The notes beneath the pieces are model-generated. The model had not been told where the DNA came from, made no database searches, and was given only the letters and a program-made list of their open reading frames with translations. From positions 61,439 to 125,438 of the forward strand of contig NZ_JAWLHG010000009.1 of assembly GCF_041690465.1 (NCBI RefSeq): a stretch of DNA of 64,000 bases, given 5' to 3'. The stretch comes from Falsiroseomonas sp. GTDB lineage: Bacteria; Pseudomonadota; Alphaproteobacteria; Acetobacterales; Acetobacteraceae. Made by a program: the position numbers and the translations under genes. This document shows, in pieces, positions 45,400 to 55,343 of this stretch (positions within the stretch are counted from its first letter, which is position 1; each line of letters starts with the position of its first letter).

Positions 45400-46992
45400 A
45401 TGCAGGACGTAATGAGGGCGGCAAGCGCCGCCGGCGCTGGCCGGCGCAACCTGTTGCGTGCGGGAGTGGCGGGCGCCGCCCTGGGTGCCCTCGGCATGCC
45501 GGGCGCCGCCATGGCGCAGTCGCGCGGGCGCATCGCCTTCGCGAACGGCAGCGCCTACGACACCATGGACCCGCATGCGACCTTCGATGTCGGCCGTGTG
45601 GCCTATCGGCTCAACCTGTATGATGGGCTGATGCGCTGGCTCGGCAACCCGCCGCAGCTGGAGCCTTGGCTGGCGGAGAGCTTCACAGTCTCCGAAGACG
45701 GCAAGCAGTACGTTTTCAAGTTGCGCCAGGGCGCCAAGTTTCACGACGGCACGGACCTCACCGCAGAGGACGTGGTGTATTCGATGGAGCGTATCCTGGC
45801 CGTGAAGAAGGGAGCCTACCCGCTCTTCGCGACCCTGGTGGACCCCGGCTCGACCAAGGCGCGGGACCGCCACACGGTCGAATTCAACCTTAAGGCGGCC
45901 TCGGCGATCTTTGCGGCGACCACGCACGACATCTACGTGGTGAACAGTGCGCTGCTGAAGCGCAACGAGCGCGACGGGGACTGGGGCCAGGGCTGGATCG
46001 CGCGCAACGACGCGGGCTCCGGCTCCTACATCCTGCGTCGCTTCGACCCGGCGCGCGGCTTCCTCGCGCAGCGCTTCGACGGCCACTTCAAGGGGCCGGC
46101 CGGGCTGCAGGAAATCGACTTCCGCTACGTGGCGGAGGTAAACAGCCGTGTGCTCGGCCTGATCCGTGGCGATTTCCAGGGGACTGATCCCTACATGCCG
46201 CAGGACCAGATCACGCGCCTGCAGGGCGACCCCAACATGAACGTCATGGAGGCGGAATCCACGCGCCTCTTCTATGCCACGATGCACCACAAGCGGCCGC
46301 CCTTCAACGACATCAACTTCCGCAAGGCCATCTGCCACTGCTTCGACTATGATGGCTGGATCAACAACATCCTCAGCGGCTCCGTCGTCCGCAACACGCA
46401 CGTCATCCCCAATCCGATGTGGGGGGCGCCGACGGATGTCGCGGGCTACACATTCGATATCGACAAGGCCAAGTGGTACCTTGGGCGGGTGCAGGCGCCG
46501 CTGCGCGAGATCACGGTGGCCGGCATGATCGGCTACGAGCAGTCCATGCAGGCTGCGGCGCTGCTGCAGAATGGGCTGACGCGGGCCGGCATCCAGAGCC
46601 GGCTGGTGAACGAGCCATGGCCGGTGGTGTCCAACAAGATGCGCGATCCGGAGCAGATGTACGACATGCTGTTCCTGTGGCGCAGCACCTACTACGCGGA
46701 CCCGCACAACTGGGCGGGTGAGCTTCTCGCGACCGAGCGCCACCGCGGGGGCAACGCCAGCTACTACAGCAACCCCGAGGTTGACAGCCTGCTCGCCCGG
46801 GCGCTCGCCGAATCCGACCAGGCGAAACGCAAGCCGCTCTACGAGCAGGTTGCGCGGATCACCAGCGAGGATGCGGCCGCGCTCTTCATCCACAACACGA
46901 AATGGTACGGCCCGTTCCGCAAGAACGTGCAAGGCGTGCGGTTCTGCCCGATCGGCGACGGGCAGGAGATGCGCTGGCTCAGCATCACGTGA
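45400..46992 (+). CDS. Family 5 (Opp/Dpp/Nik) ABC substrate-binding protein, Tat-type signal
   Basis: GRRNLLRAG signal, DTMDPH, PWLAES, FKLRQGAKFHDG, GSGSY, PPFNDINFRKAI and YSNPEVD; AAGGAGG RBS. Confidence 0.93.
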   Translation: MQDVMRAASAAGAGRRNLLRAGVAGAALGALGMPGAAMAQSRGRIAFANGSAYDTMDPHATFDVGRVAYRLNLYDGLMRWLGNPPQLEPWLAESFTVSEDGKQYVFKLRQGAKFHDGTDLTAEDVVYSMERILAVKKGAYPLFATLVDPGSTKARDRHTVEFNLKAASAIFAATTHDIYVVNSALLKRNERDGDWGQGWIARNDAGSGSYILRRFDPARGFLAQRFDGHFKGPAGLQEIDFRYVAEVNSRVLGLIRGDFQGTDPYMPQDQITRLQGDPNMNVMEAESTRLFYATMHHKRPPFNDINFRKAICHCFDYDGWINNILSGSVVRNTHVIPNPMWGAPTDVAGYTFDIDKAKWYLGRVQAPLREITVAGMIGYEQSMQAAALLQNGLTRAGIQSRLVNEPWPVVSNKMRDPEQMYDMLFLWRSTYYADPHNWAGELLATERHRGGNASYYSNPEVDSLLARALAESDQAKRKPLYEQVARITSEDAAALFIHNTKWYGPFRKNVQGVRFCPIGDGQEMRWLSIT

Positions 46993-47009
46993 GGGCTGCG
47001 GCTGCAGGC

Positions 47010-47032
47010 GGGGCGGCGGAGAGCGCCGCCCC
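47010..47032 (+). promoter_or_regulatory. Intercistronic GC hairpin GGGGCGGCG-GAGAG-CGCCGCCCC directly before the permease start
   Basis: Perfect 9-bp stem; it ends 1 nt before GTG 47033. Confidence 0.65.
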
Positions 47033-48037
47033 GTGAAGACGCTTGTCCTGGTCGTCAACCGGCTTGCCTGGTTCATCCCGACGCTGCTCGGGCTGCTGGC
47101 GATCGTATTCTTCATCTCGCACGTCATCCCCGCCGATCCGGCGGCCTTCGTCGCCGGGGAGAACGCATCGCCGGCGACGATCGCCGAGATCCGCGCGCGG
47201 CTCGGGCTCGACCAGCCGCTGCACATCCAGTTCTGGCGCTACATCCAATCCATATTCTCCGGGGAGATGGGGCGCAGCATCTACACCGGCCGGCCAGTCG
47301 CCGAGGATCTTCTGAGTCGCTTGCCGGCGACGCTGGAACTCGCGCTTGCCGCGGTGGTGGTGGCGAGCATCATCGGCGTGCCCCTTGGCGTTCTCAGCGC
47401 ACTTCGCCGCAACTCGATGCTCGACCACGGGCTGCGCGTGGTGACGATCGCGGGGCTGGCCATCGCCAGCTTCTGGTTCGCGATCCTGCTGCAGCTGTTC
47501 TTCTCGATGCGCCTCGGCATCACGCCACTTCACGGCCGGATCGAGGGCTGGGGGCCGGAGCAGATCACCGGCTTCTACACCATCGATGCGCTGATCCTGC
47601 GGGACACGGAGGTGCTGTTCGACGCGCTGCGCCACATGATCCTGCCGGTGGCAACGCTTGCGCTGCCGGCAACGGCGACCATCGTGCGCTTCACCCGCGC
47701 GGGCGTGCTGAACGCGCTGCAATCGAACTACGTGCTGTATGAGACGGCGATGGGCTATCCGCGGCGCCTGGTGGTGTGGAAATACGTGCTGCGCAACGCA
47801 CTGATCGGCACTGTGACGCAGATCGGCCTGATCTTCGGCATCCTCCTCGCCGGCGCGGTGGTGGTGGAGGCGGTGTTCGACTGGCCCGGCCTCGGCATGT
47901 TTGCCGTCAACTCCATCCTCAACTCGGACTACAACGCCGTGATGGGGTTCACCCTGATCGCCGGCGCCATGTTCATCGTGGTGAACCTGCTGGTGGACAT
48001 CCTGCACGGCATGATCGACCCGCGGGAAACCCGCTGA
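47033..48037 (+). CDS. Opp/Dpp ABC permease (DppB-like)
   Basis: IPADPA, LGLDQPL..QFWRY, GEMGRS, RLPATLELA and YVLRNALI. Confidence 0.93.
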   Translation: MKTLVLVVNRLAWFIPTLLGLLAIVFFISHVIPADPAAFVAGENASPATIAEIRARLGLDQPLHIQFWRYIQSIFSGEMGRSIYTGRPVAEDLLSRLPATLELALAAVVVASIIGVPLGVLSALRRNSMLDHGLRVVTIAGLAIASFWFAILLQLFFSMRLGITPLHGRIEGWGPEQITGFYTIDALILRDTEVLFDALRHMILPVATLALPATATIVRFTRAGVLNALQSNYVLYETAMGYPRRLVVWKYVLRNALIGTVTQIGLIFGILLAGAVVVEAVFDWPGLGMFAVNSILNSDYNAVMGFTLIAGAMFIVVNLLVDILHGMIDPRETR

Positions 48038-48891
48038 TGCTCTTCATCCTGCGCAAGCTGGCGGAGGACCGCGCCGCACTGGTCGGCCTCGGGCTGATCC
48101 TGCTGCTGGTGCTGGCGGCCATCCTGGCGCCAGTTCTCTCGACGCATCCCGGTGATGTGACGGAGTTCCACACCGCCAGGCGGCTCAGCCCGCCAGGTCC
48201 GGAGAACTGGCTCGGCACCGACCGGATGGGCAGCGACATCTATTCGCGCCTGCTCTATGGCGCGCGTATCACCATCACCATCGCGGTTACCGCGATCACC
48301 GTCGCGGTCGTCATCGGCGTGCCGATCGGGCTGATCGCCGGCTATTACGAGGGCCTCGGCAGCGATCTTCTGATGCGCCTCTCGGACGTCTTCCTCGCCG
48401 TGCCGCAGATCGTCCTGGCGATTGCGATCGCCCAGACCCTCGGTCCTTCCATCGAGAACGTCATCCTGGCCTTGTCGGCGACCTACTGGCCGTTCTGGGC
48501 GCGGCTGGTCTATGCCGAGACGCGCTCGATGAAGAACGAGCCCTTTGTGGAAGCGGCAATCGCACTCGGCTGCTCGCCGCTGCGGGTGATGGTGCTGCAC
48601 ATCCTGCCTTCGATCTCCTCCTCGATCATCGTGCGCACCACGATCGGGATGGGCGGCACCATCCTCACGGCGGCGACGCTCGGCTTCCTTGGCCTCGGCC
48701 CGCCACCGCCGACGCCGGAATGGGGGCGCACCATCGCGGAATCGCGGGAATTCCTGCCGATGGCCTGGTGGTACGCAGCGTTCCCGGGGCTGGCGATCTT
48801 CCTGGTGGTGATGGGATTCAACCTGCTCGGCGACGGGCTGCGCGACGTGCTCGATCCACGGCTTCGGCGGGCGGCCCGGCATGGCAAGTGA
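48037..48891 (+). CDS. Opp/Dpp ABC permease (DppC-like)
   Basis: NWLGTDRMGSDIYSRLLYGAR, GLIAGYY, LMRLSDVFLAVP, HILPS, LGFLGLG...PEWG and FNLLGDGLRD.LDPR. Confidence 0.94.
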   Translation: MLFILRKLAEDRAALVGLGLILLLVLAAILAPVLSTHPGDVTEFHTARRLSPPGPENWLGTDRMGSDIYSRLLYGARITITIAVTAITVAVVIGVPIGLIAGYYEGLGSDLLMRLSDVFLAVPQIVLAIAIAQTLGPSIENVILALSATYWPFWARLVYAETRSMKNEPFVEAAIALGCSPLRVMVLHILPSISSSIIVRTTIGMGGTILTAATLGFLGLGPPPPTPEWGRTIAESREFLPMAWWYAAFPGLAIFLVVMGFNLLGDGLRDVLDPRLRRAARHGK

Positions 48892-49897
48892 GCTGATCGC
48901 CGTTCGCGGGTTGCGGGTCTCCTTCGCCTCCGATGCCGGCCTCGCACGCGTGCTGGATGGCGTGGATTTCGGCATCCGCCGCGGTGAGATCATGGGCCTT
49001 GTCGGCGAATCCGGCTGCGGCAAGACGACGCTCGCGCGCGCCATCCTTGGCATCCTGCCGGGCAACAACGCACGCATAGATGGTGGCGAGATCCTGTTCG
49101 AGGGGCGCAATCTGCTCGAACTGAGCGAGGATCGCCTTGCGACGGAACTGCGCGGGCGGGAGATCGCCTACATTCCGCAGGATCCCTTCACGGCGTTCAA
49201 TCCGGTCTTCACCATCGGCACGCAGATCGACGACCTGATGCGCTTCAAGTCGCCGCTGCTGCGCACCCAGCCGGAGATGCCGCGCCGCGAGCGGCAGCGT
49301 GCCGACCGCGCGCGCGTTGTCGAAATGCTGCGCCTCGTGCAACTGCCGGATCCGGAGGGCGTGCTGCGGAAATACCCGCACGAGGTCTCCGGCGGCCAGC
49401 GTCAGCGCTTGATGATTGCCATGGCGCTGCTGCCGGATCCGAAGCTCGTGATCGCCGACGAACCGACCACGGCGCTCGACGTGACCGTGCAGGCGCAGAT
49501 CCTGAAGATCCTGAAACAGCTCGCACGGGAGCGCGGCGTGGCGGTACTCTTCACCACCCACGACCTCGGCACCGCCTACGAGATCTGCGACCGCATCACC
49601 GTGATGTATGCCGGGCAGGAAGTGGAAGAAGCGCCGGTCGCCAGCTTCTTCGAGCGGCCTTCGCATCCGTACACGCGCAAGCTGCTCGACAGCCTGCCGT
49701 CATCCGAGAACGGGATACGCGGCATCGCCGGCGAGATACCTCGGCTGGTGGATCCACCCTCCGGGTGTCGCTTCCATCCGCGCTGCGATCGTGCAACGGA
49801 GGCATGCCAGGCGCAGCGCCCGCCGCCTTCCGCGGTGGACGAGGCGCACAGCGTGCGATGCCACCATCCTCTGCTGGCGACGGGAAACGCCGTATGA
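48881..49897 (+). CDS. Opp/Dpp ABC ATPase (DppD-like)
   Basis: [35 protein letters not shown] and PPSGCRFHPRC. Confidence 0.95.
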   Translation: MASELIAVRGLRVSFASDAGLARVLDGVDFGIRRGEIMGLVGESGCGKTTLARAILGILPGNNARIDGGEILFEGRNLLELSEDRLATELRGREIAYIPQDPFTAFNPVFTIGTQIDDLMRFKSPLLRTQPEMPRRERQRADRARVVEMLRLVQLPDPEGVLRKYPHEVSGGQRQRLMIAMALLPDPKLVIADEPTTALDVTVQAQILKILKQLARERGVAVLFTTHDLGTAYEICDRITVMYAGQEVEEAPVASFFERPSHPYTRKLLDSLPSSENGIRGIAGEIPRLVDPPSGCRFHPRCDRATEACQAQRPPPSAVDEAHSVRCHHPLLATGNAV

Positions 49898-50865
49898 GGC
49901 CCGCCGAGCCGATCCTGCGGATCGAGAACCTCAGCAAGCACTTCCCGGTGCGCAATGTGTGGAAGCGCCGGATCGGCTGGCTTCGGGCAGTGGACGATGT
50001 TTCGCTCGAGGTCGGGCGCGGCGAGATCCTTGGCATTGTCGGGGAATCGGGGTGCGGGAAATCCACGCTCGGCAAGACGCTGATGGGCATCCATCCCGCC
50101 TCTGCCGGCCGCGTCGTGTACGAGGGCAACGACATCGTCGGCCTCAAGCCGCATCAGAGCCGCAAATACCGGGAGCATGTGCAGTACTGCTACCAGGATC
50201 CCGGCGCTTCGCTCGATCCGCGCTGGACCATCCGCAATTCGCTCCATGAGCCGCTGATCGTCCACACCAGCCTGCCCGAGGACGAACGCGAGCGGCGCGT
50301 GCGCGAGATCCTGCGCGCGGTCGGACTGCCGGAGACACATCTCGATCTGTATCCGCACGAGATCAGCGGCGGCCAGCAGCGGCGCGTCGGGCTGGCGCGC
50401 ATTCTCACGCTTAAGCCCTCCGTCGTGATCCTGGACGAGCCGACCTCGGGCCTGGACGTCTCGGTGCAGGCGACGATCCTGAACCTGTTCCTCGACCTGC
50501 AGCGCGCCTTCGGCCTGACCTACCTCTTCATCTCGCACGATCTGTCGGTGGTGCGGCTGATCTGCGACCGGGTGGCGGTCATGTATCTCGGCCGCATCGT
50601 GGAGATCGGCGAGACGCAGGCGGTGTTCGAGAACCCGCGGCACCCCTATACGCAGTCGCTGCTGGCAGCGATCCCGAAGATCGGCGGCCCCCGCGTGACC
50701 GACACCTTCGCCCTCGAAGGCGAGCCGCCGAGCCCGACCAACATGCCCTCCGGCTGCCGCTTCCGCACGCGCTGCCCTCGTGCGCAGGCGCTGTGCGCCG
50801 AGCAGGACCCGCCGCTGCGCGCGGACTGGCCGAAGCAGCAGGCCGCCTGCCACTTCGCGGAGTGA
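49894..50865 (+). CDS. Opp/Dpp ABC ATPase (DppF-like)
   Basis: GESGCGKST, YPHEISGGQQRR, LDEPTSGLDVS and PSGCRFRTRC. Confidence 0.95.
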   Translation: MRPAEPILRIENLSKHFPVRNVWKRRIGWLRAVDDVSLEVGRGEILGIVGESGCGKSTLGKTLMGIHPASAGRVVYEGNDIVGLKPHQSRKYREHVQYCYQDPGASLDPRWTIRNSLHEPLIVHTSLPEDERERRVREILRAVGLPETHLDLYPHEISGGQQRRVGLARILTLKPSVVILDEPTSGLDVSVQATILNLFLDLQRAFGLTYLFISHDLSVVRLICDRVAVMYLGRIVEIGETQAVFENPRHPYTQSLLAAIPKIGGPRVTDTFALEGEPPSPTNMPSGCRFRTRCPRAQALCAEQDPPLRADWPKQQAACHFAE

Positions 50866-50871
50866 TCGGCC

Positions 50872-51372
50872 TCAGCGCGTCGGGGTCTGTTCCGCCCAGC
50901 CGAACACGGTGCGGCGCTCGATCTCCGCGACGTCCGCCGGGCGCGGGAAGGCCTCTGGTGCGGGCTCGCCTGGGCTGCGGGGGCGCCCGATGGCGGCGAA
51001 GAAATCTTCCAGTCCGCCGGGGGTCAGGAACCACACGAAGGTCAGCGGCTGCGGGCCCGGGTTGATGAAGGCGTGCCGCCGGTTGCGGCCGAGGTAAAGG
51101 GTTGAGCCCGGCTCGATGGCGCGGTCCTCGCCGTCCAGCCGTGCGAGACCGTGGCCGGAGACGACGTGGATCACCTCCTCGTGCCGGTCATGCGCGTGCT
51201 CGCGGACCATGCAGCCGGGCGCCACGGTCTGGGTGCCCATGGAGAAGTTGGTGCCGAGCTCCCGCCCGCTGAGGATGCAGCGTACGAAGCCGTTCGCTGG
51301 CACGGGCTGCCAGTAGCTTGCGCCCTCCTCCGGACCGACGAGCCGGACCTCGCCTCTTTCGCCGTCCATCAC
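50872..51372 (-). CDS. Cupin domain protein
   Basis: PGCMVREHAHDRHEEVIHVVSG and GRNRRHAFINPG cupin motifs 1 and 2. Confidence 0.88.
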   Translation of the reverse strand: MMDGERGEVRLVGPEEGASYWQPVPANGFVRCILSGRELGTNFSMGTQTVAPGCMVREHAHDRHEEVIHVVSGHGLARLDGEDRAIEPGSTLYLGRNRRHAFINPGPQPLTFVWFLTPGGLEDFFAAIGRPRSPGEPAPEAFPRPADVAEIERRTVFGWAEQTPTR

Positions 51373-52673
51373 GCCACCTCCCTTGCATCACGCCAGCGAT
51401 ACAGCATCAGCATCAGCGGTGCGACGCGGCGCGCCACGCCGTGCAGCGGCATCGGCGTCGGCTCGGTGAAGGGAAGGCCGAGCTCGGTCTCGGGCGTCCC
51501 CTGCACGGCGCGCGCGAACTCGCGCCCGAGCGCGACCGAGAGCGCCACGGCGCGGCCGTTGCAGCCGGCCCAGGCATAGCCGTCCGGCCCCAGCCGATGC
51601 AGCCGCGGGAAGTAGTCGGGCGTCATGCTGAGATTGCCGCTCCAGACATGGTCGAAGCGTATCTCGCCGATCTGCGGCCAGAGCCGTTGCAGGCGTGCGG
51701 CGATGAGCGGCCGCAGGCGCCGCGCCTGGTCCATCTGCAGCGCCAGAGCGCCGCCGGTGACGAGCCGGCCGCGTGCATCCCAGCGGGAGAAGTACAGCTC
51801 GCCATGCGTGTCGGACATCGCCTGGCGGCCGGGGATGATCGTCGCCGCGACGTTGTGCGAGATCGGCTGCGTCGCCAGCTGCCACGAGAGCGTCGGCACC
51901 ATCTCGCGCGCGACATCCGGTGCGAGTTCACTGCTGAACGCGCCGGTATAGGCGTTGGTCGCCAGCACGAGCGCGCGCGCGGTCACGCTGCCGCCGGCCG
52001 TCGTCACCACCCAGCTTCCGTCGCGATGCTCGATCCGCTCTGCGGGTGAGCGGGCGAAGATGCGGGCACCGAGCGCGAGCGCGGTCTGCGCCATGCCGCG
52101 GGCCAGCGCGAGCGGGTTCACATGGCCGCCGCTGCGGTTCCACCAGCCGCCATGCCAGGCCTCGGAGCCGAGCATGTCGCGCACCCGCGCGCGGTCCAGC
52201 AGCTCGACCGGTGCGCCGCGGCCTCCCCATTCGCGGACGCGCTTCTCCGCGACCTTCATGCGCCCCGGCGTGTGTACGGGCTGCACCCAGCCGGTCTGCT
52301 CCGCCTCCGCCGGGATCGCGTGCCGGCGAACCAGGTCGAACAGCGTCGAGGCGCTGTCGCGTAGCACGGCTACGAAGCGCTCGCCGGCCTCGCCATGCCG
52401 CGCGACAATGGCGGAAGGGTCGTGCTTTGAGAGCGTCGGGATCACCTGGCCGTTGTTGCGCCCGGAGGCACCCCAGCCGGGCTCCGCGGCTTCCACCACC
52501 ATCACCGGCACGCCCGCCTCGCGCAGGTGGATGGCGGTGGAGAGGCCGGTGAAGCCGGCGCCGATCACCACCACCTCGGCCTGCTCCGGGCCGTGCAGCA
52601 CCGGCAGCTCCGGCCCGGGCGGGGTCACCGCGGCCCAGAGGGAGGGCGGCCAGGTGACGCCCGTGCTTGTCAT
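51369..52673 (-). CDS. FAD-dependent oxidoreductase (DadA/PuuB D-amino-acid/amine oxidase family)
   Basis: VVVIGAGFTGLSTA, GWGASGRNNG, VLATNAY, VWSG and GCNGRAV. Confidence 0.92.
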   Translation of the reverse strand: MTSTGVTWPPSLWAAVTPPGPELPVLHGPEQAEVVVIGAGFTGLSTAIHLREAGVPVMVVEAAEPGWGASGRNNGQVIPTLSKHDPSAIVARHGEAGERFVAVLRDSASTLFDLVRRHAIPAEAEQTGWVQPVHTPGRMKVAEKRVREWGGRGAPVELLDRARVRDMLGSEAWHGGWWNRSGGHVNPLALARGMAQTALALGARIFARSPAERIEHRDGSWVVTTAGGSVTARALVLATNAYTGAFSSELAPDVAREMVPTLSWQLATQPISHNVAATIIPGRQAMSDTHGELYFSRWDARGRLVTGGALALQMDQARRLRPLIAARLQRLWPQIGEIRFDHVWSGNLSMTPDYFPRLHRLGPDGYAWAGCNGRAVALSVALGREFARAVQGTPETELGLPFTEPTPMPLHGVARRVAPLMLMLYRWRDAREVA

Positions 52674-52797
52674 CGCGATTCCGTCCTCGCTGCGTTCGCT
52701 CACTGCATCAAAGCCAAGGGCGGGCTGAGGCTCAAGAGACGTTGCGCGCGCCGCCGCCATGCGCTGCTATCCCGACAAGGCGATGGAGGCGGTGGCG

Positions 52798-53643
52798 ATG
52801 GCATTGCGGCATGTGATCGGGCTCGACCATGTGGTCGTCTCGGTGCGGGATCTGGATGCCGCGGCGGCGGCCTGGCGGAAGCTCGGTTTCACCGTCTCGC
52901 CGCGCGGCACGCACAGCGCGCATATGGGCTCGGGCAACTACACGATGATGTTCGGCGAGGACTACATCGAACTCCTGGGCGTGCTGACACCGACACCGCA
53001 CAATGCCCCGATGCGCGCCTTCCTGGAGACACGGGAAGGGCTGGAGCGCGCCGCCTTCACCACCGATGACGCCGCGGCCGGGGCCGAGGAACTGCGCGCA
53101 CGAGGCATCGCTGCGATCGGCCCGGTCCATTTCGGTCGGCCGGTGACGCTGCCCGACGGAGGCCAGGCGGAGGCCCGCTTCAACGTCTTCCAGTGGCCTG
53201 TCGAGGAGAAGCCGGGCGGCCTGCGGATCTTCGCCTGCCAGCATCTGACGCGCGAGAATGTGTGGATCCCTGCGCTGCAGTCGCACCCCAACGGCGCTGC
53301 GCGCATCCTGCGGCTCGAGGTGCTGACGGCCGATCCTGCCGGGGCTTCCGCGCACATGGCCATGCTGCTCGACCGCGCGGCGGAGCAGGAATCGGACGGC
53401 GCACAGCGCGTGCCGACGGGCAGCGGACGCGCCGACATTGTCTTTCTGGACCGCACCATGCTGGCCGCGCGCCATCCGGGCGTGACGCTGGAGGGCCTGC
53501 CGGCCGAAGGTGCGGCTGCGCTGGTGCTCGGCACGCACGATGCCGAGGCAACGGCGCGCAGCCTCGGCGTCGCGCCCGGCGCAACGCTTGCCGTGCCGGC
53601 GACCGCCGCCAGCGGCATCATGCTCCGCTTCCTGCCCATGTGA
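52798..53643 (+). CDS. VOC/glyoxalase-like (Glyoxalase_3) protein
   Basis: GLDHVVVSVRDL, LGFTVSPRGTHSAHMGSGN, YIELL, FACQHLT and HPNGA; GGAGG RBS. Confidence 0.88.
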   Translation: MALRHVIGLDHVVVSVRDLDAAAAAWRKLGFTVSPRGTHSAHMGSGNYTMMFGEDYIELLGVLTPTPHNAPMRAFLETREGLERAAFTTDDAAAGAEELRARGIAAIGPVHFGRPVTLPDGGQAEARFNVFQWPVEEKPGGLRIFACQHLTRENVWIPALQSHPNGAARILRLEVLTADPAGASAHMAMLLDRAAEQESDGAQRVPTGSGRADIVFLDRTMLAARHPGVTLEGLPAEGAAALVLGTHDAEATARSLGVAPGATLAVPATAASGIMLRFLPM

Positions 53644-53737
53644 GCAGGTTCTTCTTATTCCGGGGCGCGCGTTGACGGAGCGCCCCCCGGCACATCATGT
53701 TGCATCGCAACACAGGCCGTCCTGGAGCTTCACCGCC

Positions 53738-55339
53738 ATGACCCTCACCCGCCGTGCCGCCCTGGCCACCTCCGCCGCGCTCGCTTCCAGCGTGCTGATG
53801 CCGCAGCGCACCTTCGCGCAAGAGCAGCCGCGCCGTGGCGGCGTGATGACGGTGCATTTCGCCACCGAGCAACGCATTCTCAACCCCAGCCTGCAGGCCT
53901 CCACCGGCGTCTATATCGTCGGCGGCAAGATCCAGGAGCCGATGCTGGACCTGGACGAAGCGGGCAACCCGACGCCGTGCCTGGCCGAAAGCTGGGAGAG
54001 CTCGCCGGATGGCAAGGCCATCACCTTCAGGCTGCGCCGTGGCGTGACCTGGCACGACGGCAAGCCCTTCACCTCCGCCGACGTGCAGTTCACGGCGATG
54101 GAGATGTGGAAGAAGATCCAGAACTACGGCACTGCGCTGCAGCTGTTCCTGACCGCGGTGGACACGCCGGATCCGCACACGGCAGTGTTCCGCTACGAGC
54201 GGCCGATGCCACTGAACCTGCTTCTGCGTGCGCTGACCGATCTCGGCTATGTCTCGGCGAAGCACGTCTATGAAGGCAGCAACATCCGGCAGAACCCGGC
54301 GAACACCGCTCCGGTCGGCACGGGTCCCTTCAAGTTCATGCAGTATGAGCGCGGGCAGTTCATCATCGCCGAGCGCAACCCGAACTACTGGCGCAACAAT
54401 TTCCCCTATCTCGACCGCATCGTCTGGCGCGTCGTGGGCGACCGGTCGGCGGCGGCGGCGCAGATGGAGGCGGGGCAGATCCTGTTCGCGCCCTATTCCT
54501 CGCTGGCGATCGCGGATTTCCAGCGCCTGGGCGACGACCCCCGCTTCGAAGTGACGACGCGCGGCAACGAGGGGAATGCCCGCACCAACACGCTGGAGTT
54601 CAACTTCCGCAACCCGCTCCTGGCCGACATCCGCGTGCGCCGGGCCATAGCGCACGCGATCGACGTGCCGTTCTTCATCGAGAACTTCCTCGGCGACTTC
54701 GCCAAGCGCGGTACCGGCCCGATCCCCTCCGTCTCGACCGACTACTATCCAGGCGCCGACATGCCGCAATATGCGTTCGACCGGCGCAAGGCGAACGCGC
54801 TGCTGGACGAGGCCGGCCACCGCCGCGGGGCGGGCGGGGTGCGCTTCAACCTGCGCCTGCACCCGGCACCCTGGGGCGAGGACATCGCGCTGTGGTCCAC
54901 CTTCATCCAGCAGTCGCTGCAGGAGGTCGGAATCCGCGTGGAGGTCGTGCGGCTGGATGCAGCGGGTTTCCTGCGCACCGTCTACAACGACTGGAACTTC
55001 GACCTTGCGACCGGCTGGCACCAGTACCGCAGCGATCCCGCGGTCTCGACGACCGTCTGGTACCGCTCCGGCCAGCCGAAGGGTGCGCCCTGGACCAACC
55101 AGTGGGGCTGGGAGGACCCGGAGACCGACCGGATCATCGATGCTGCGCAGACCGAGCTCGACCCCGCGAAGCGCAAGGCCCTCTACGCAGACTTCGTTCG
55201 CCGCGTGAACACCGAGCTGCCGCTGTGGATGCCCATCGAGCAGATCTTCGTCTCGGTGTTCAACAAGCGACTGCGCAACTATGCCAACAACCCGCGCTGG
55301 GCGTCGTCCTCCTGGCACGATCTCTGGCTCGCTGAGTGA
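53738..55339 (+). CDS. Family 5 ABC substrate-binding protein, Tat-type signal
   Basis: LTRRAALA signal, LAESWE, FRLRRGVTWHDG, GTGPFK, NPLLADIRVRRAIAHAID and ELDPAKRKALY. Confidence 0.94.
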   Translation: MTLTRRAALATSAALASSVLMPQRTFAQEQPRRGGVMTVHFATEQRILNPSLQASTGVYIVGGKIQEPMLDLDEAGNPTPCLAESWESSPDGKAITFRLRRGVTWHDGKPFTSADVQFTAMEMWKKIQNYGTALQLFLTAVDTPDPHTAVFRYERPMPLNLLLRALTDLGYVSAKHVYEGSNIRQNPANTAPVGTGPFKFMQYERGQFIIAERNPNYWRNNFPYLDRIVWRVVGDRSAAAAQMEAGQILFAPYSSLAIADFQRLGDDPRFEVTTRGNEGNARTNTLEFNFRNPLLADIRVRRAIAHAIDVPFFIENFLGDFAKRGTGPIPSVSTDYYPGADMPQYAFDRRKANALLDEAGHRRGAGGVRFNLRLHPAPWGEDIALWSTFIQQSLQEVGIRVEVVRLDAAGFLRTVYNDWNFDLATGWHQYRSDPAVSTTVWYRSGQPKGAPWTNQWGWEDPETDRIIDAAQTELDPAKRKALYADFVRRVNTELPLWMPIEQIFVSVFNKRLRNYANNPRWASSSWHDLWLAE

Positions 55340-55343
55340 TCCG

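Noticed and set aside
42937-47226. 1429-aa minus-strand ORF in the track, apparently a giant hydantoinase fusion
   Set aside because: Only 45018-42937 looks like hydantoinase A. The upstream part is the antisense shadow of the plus-strand SBP and the intergenic region; stop-free antisense frames are common at this GC content.
45400-50865. Apparently lower GC in the first ABC operon, suggesting horizontal transfer
   Set aside because: Spot counts of 60-nt lines gave similar values (about 62-63%) in the other ABC permease genes. Amino-acid composition explains it, and there are no flanking integrase, tRNA or direct repeats.
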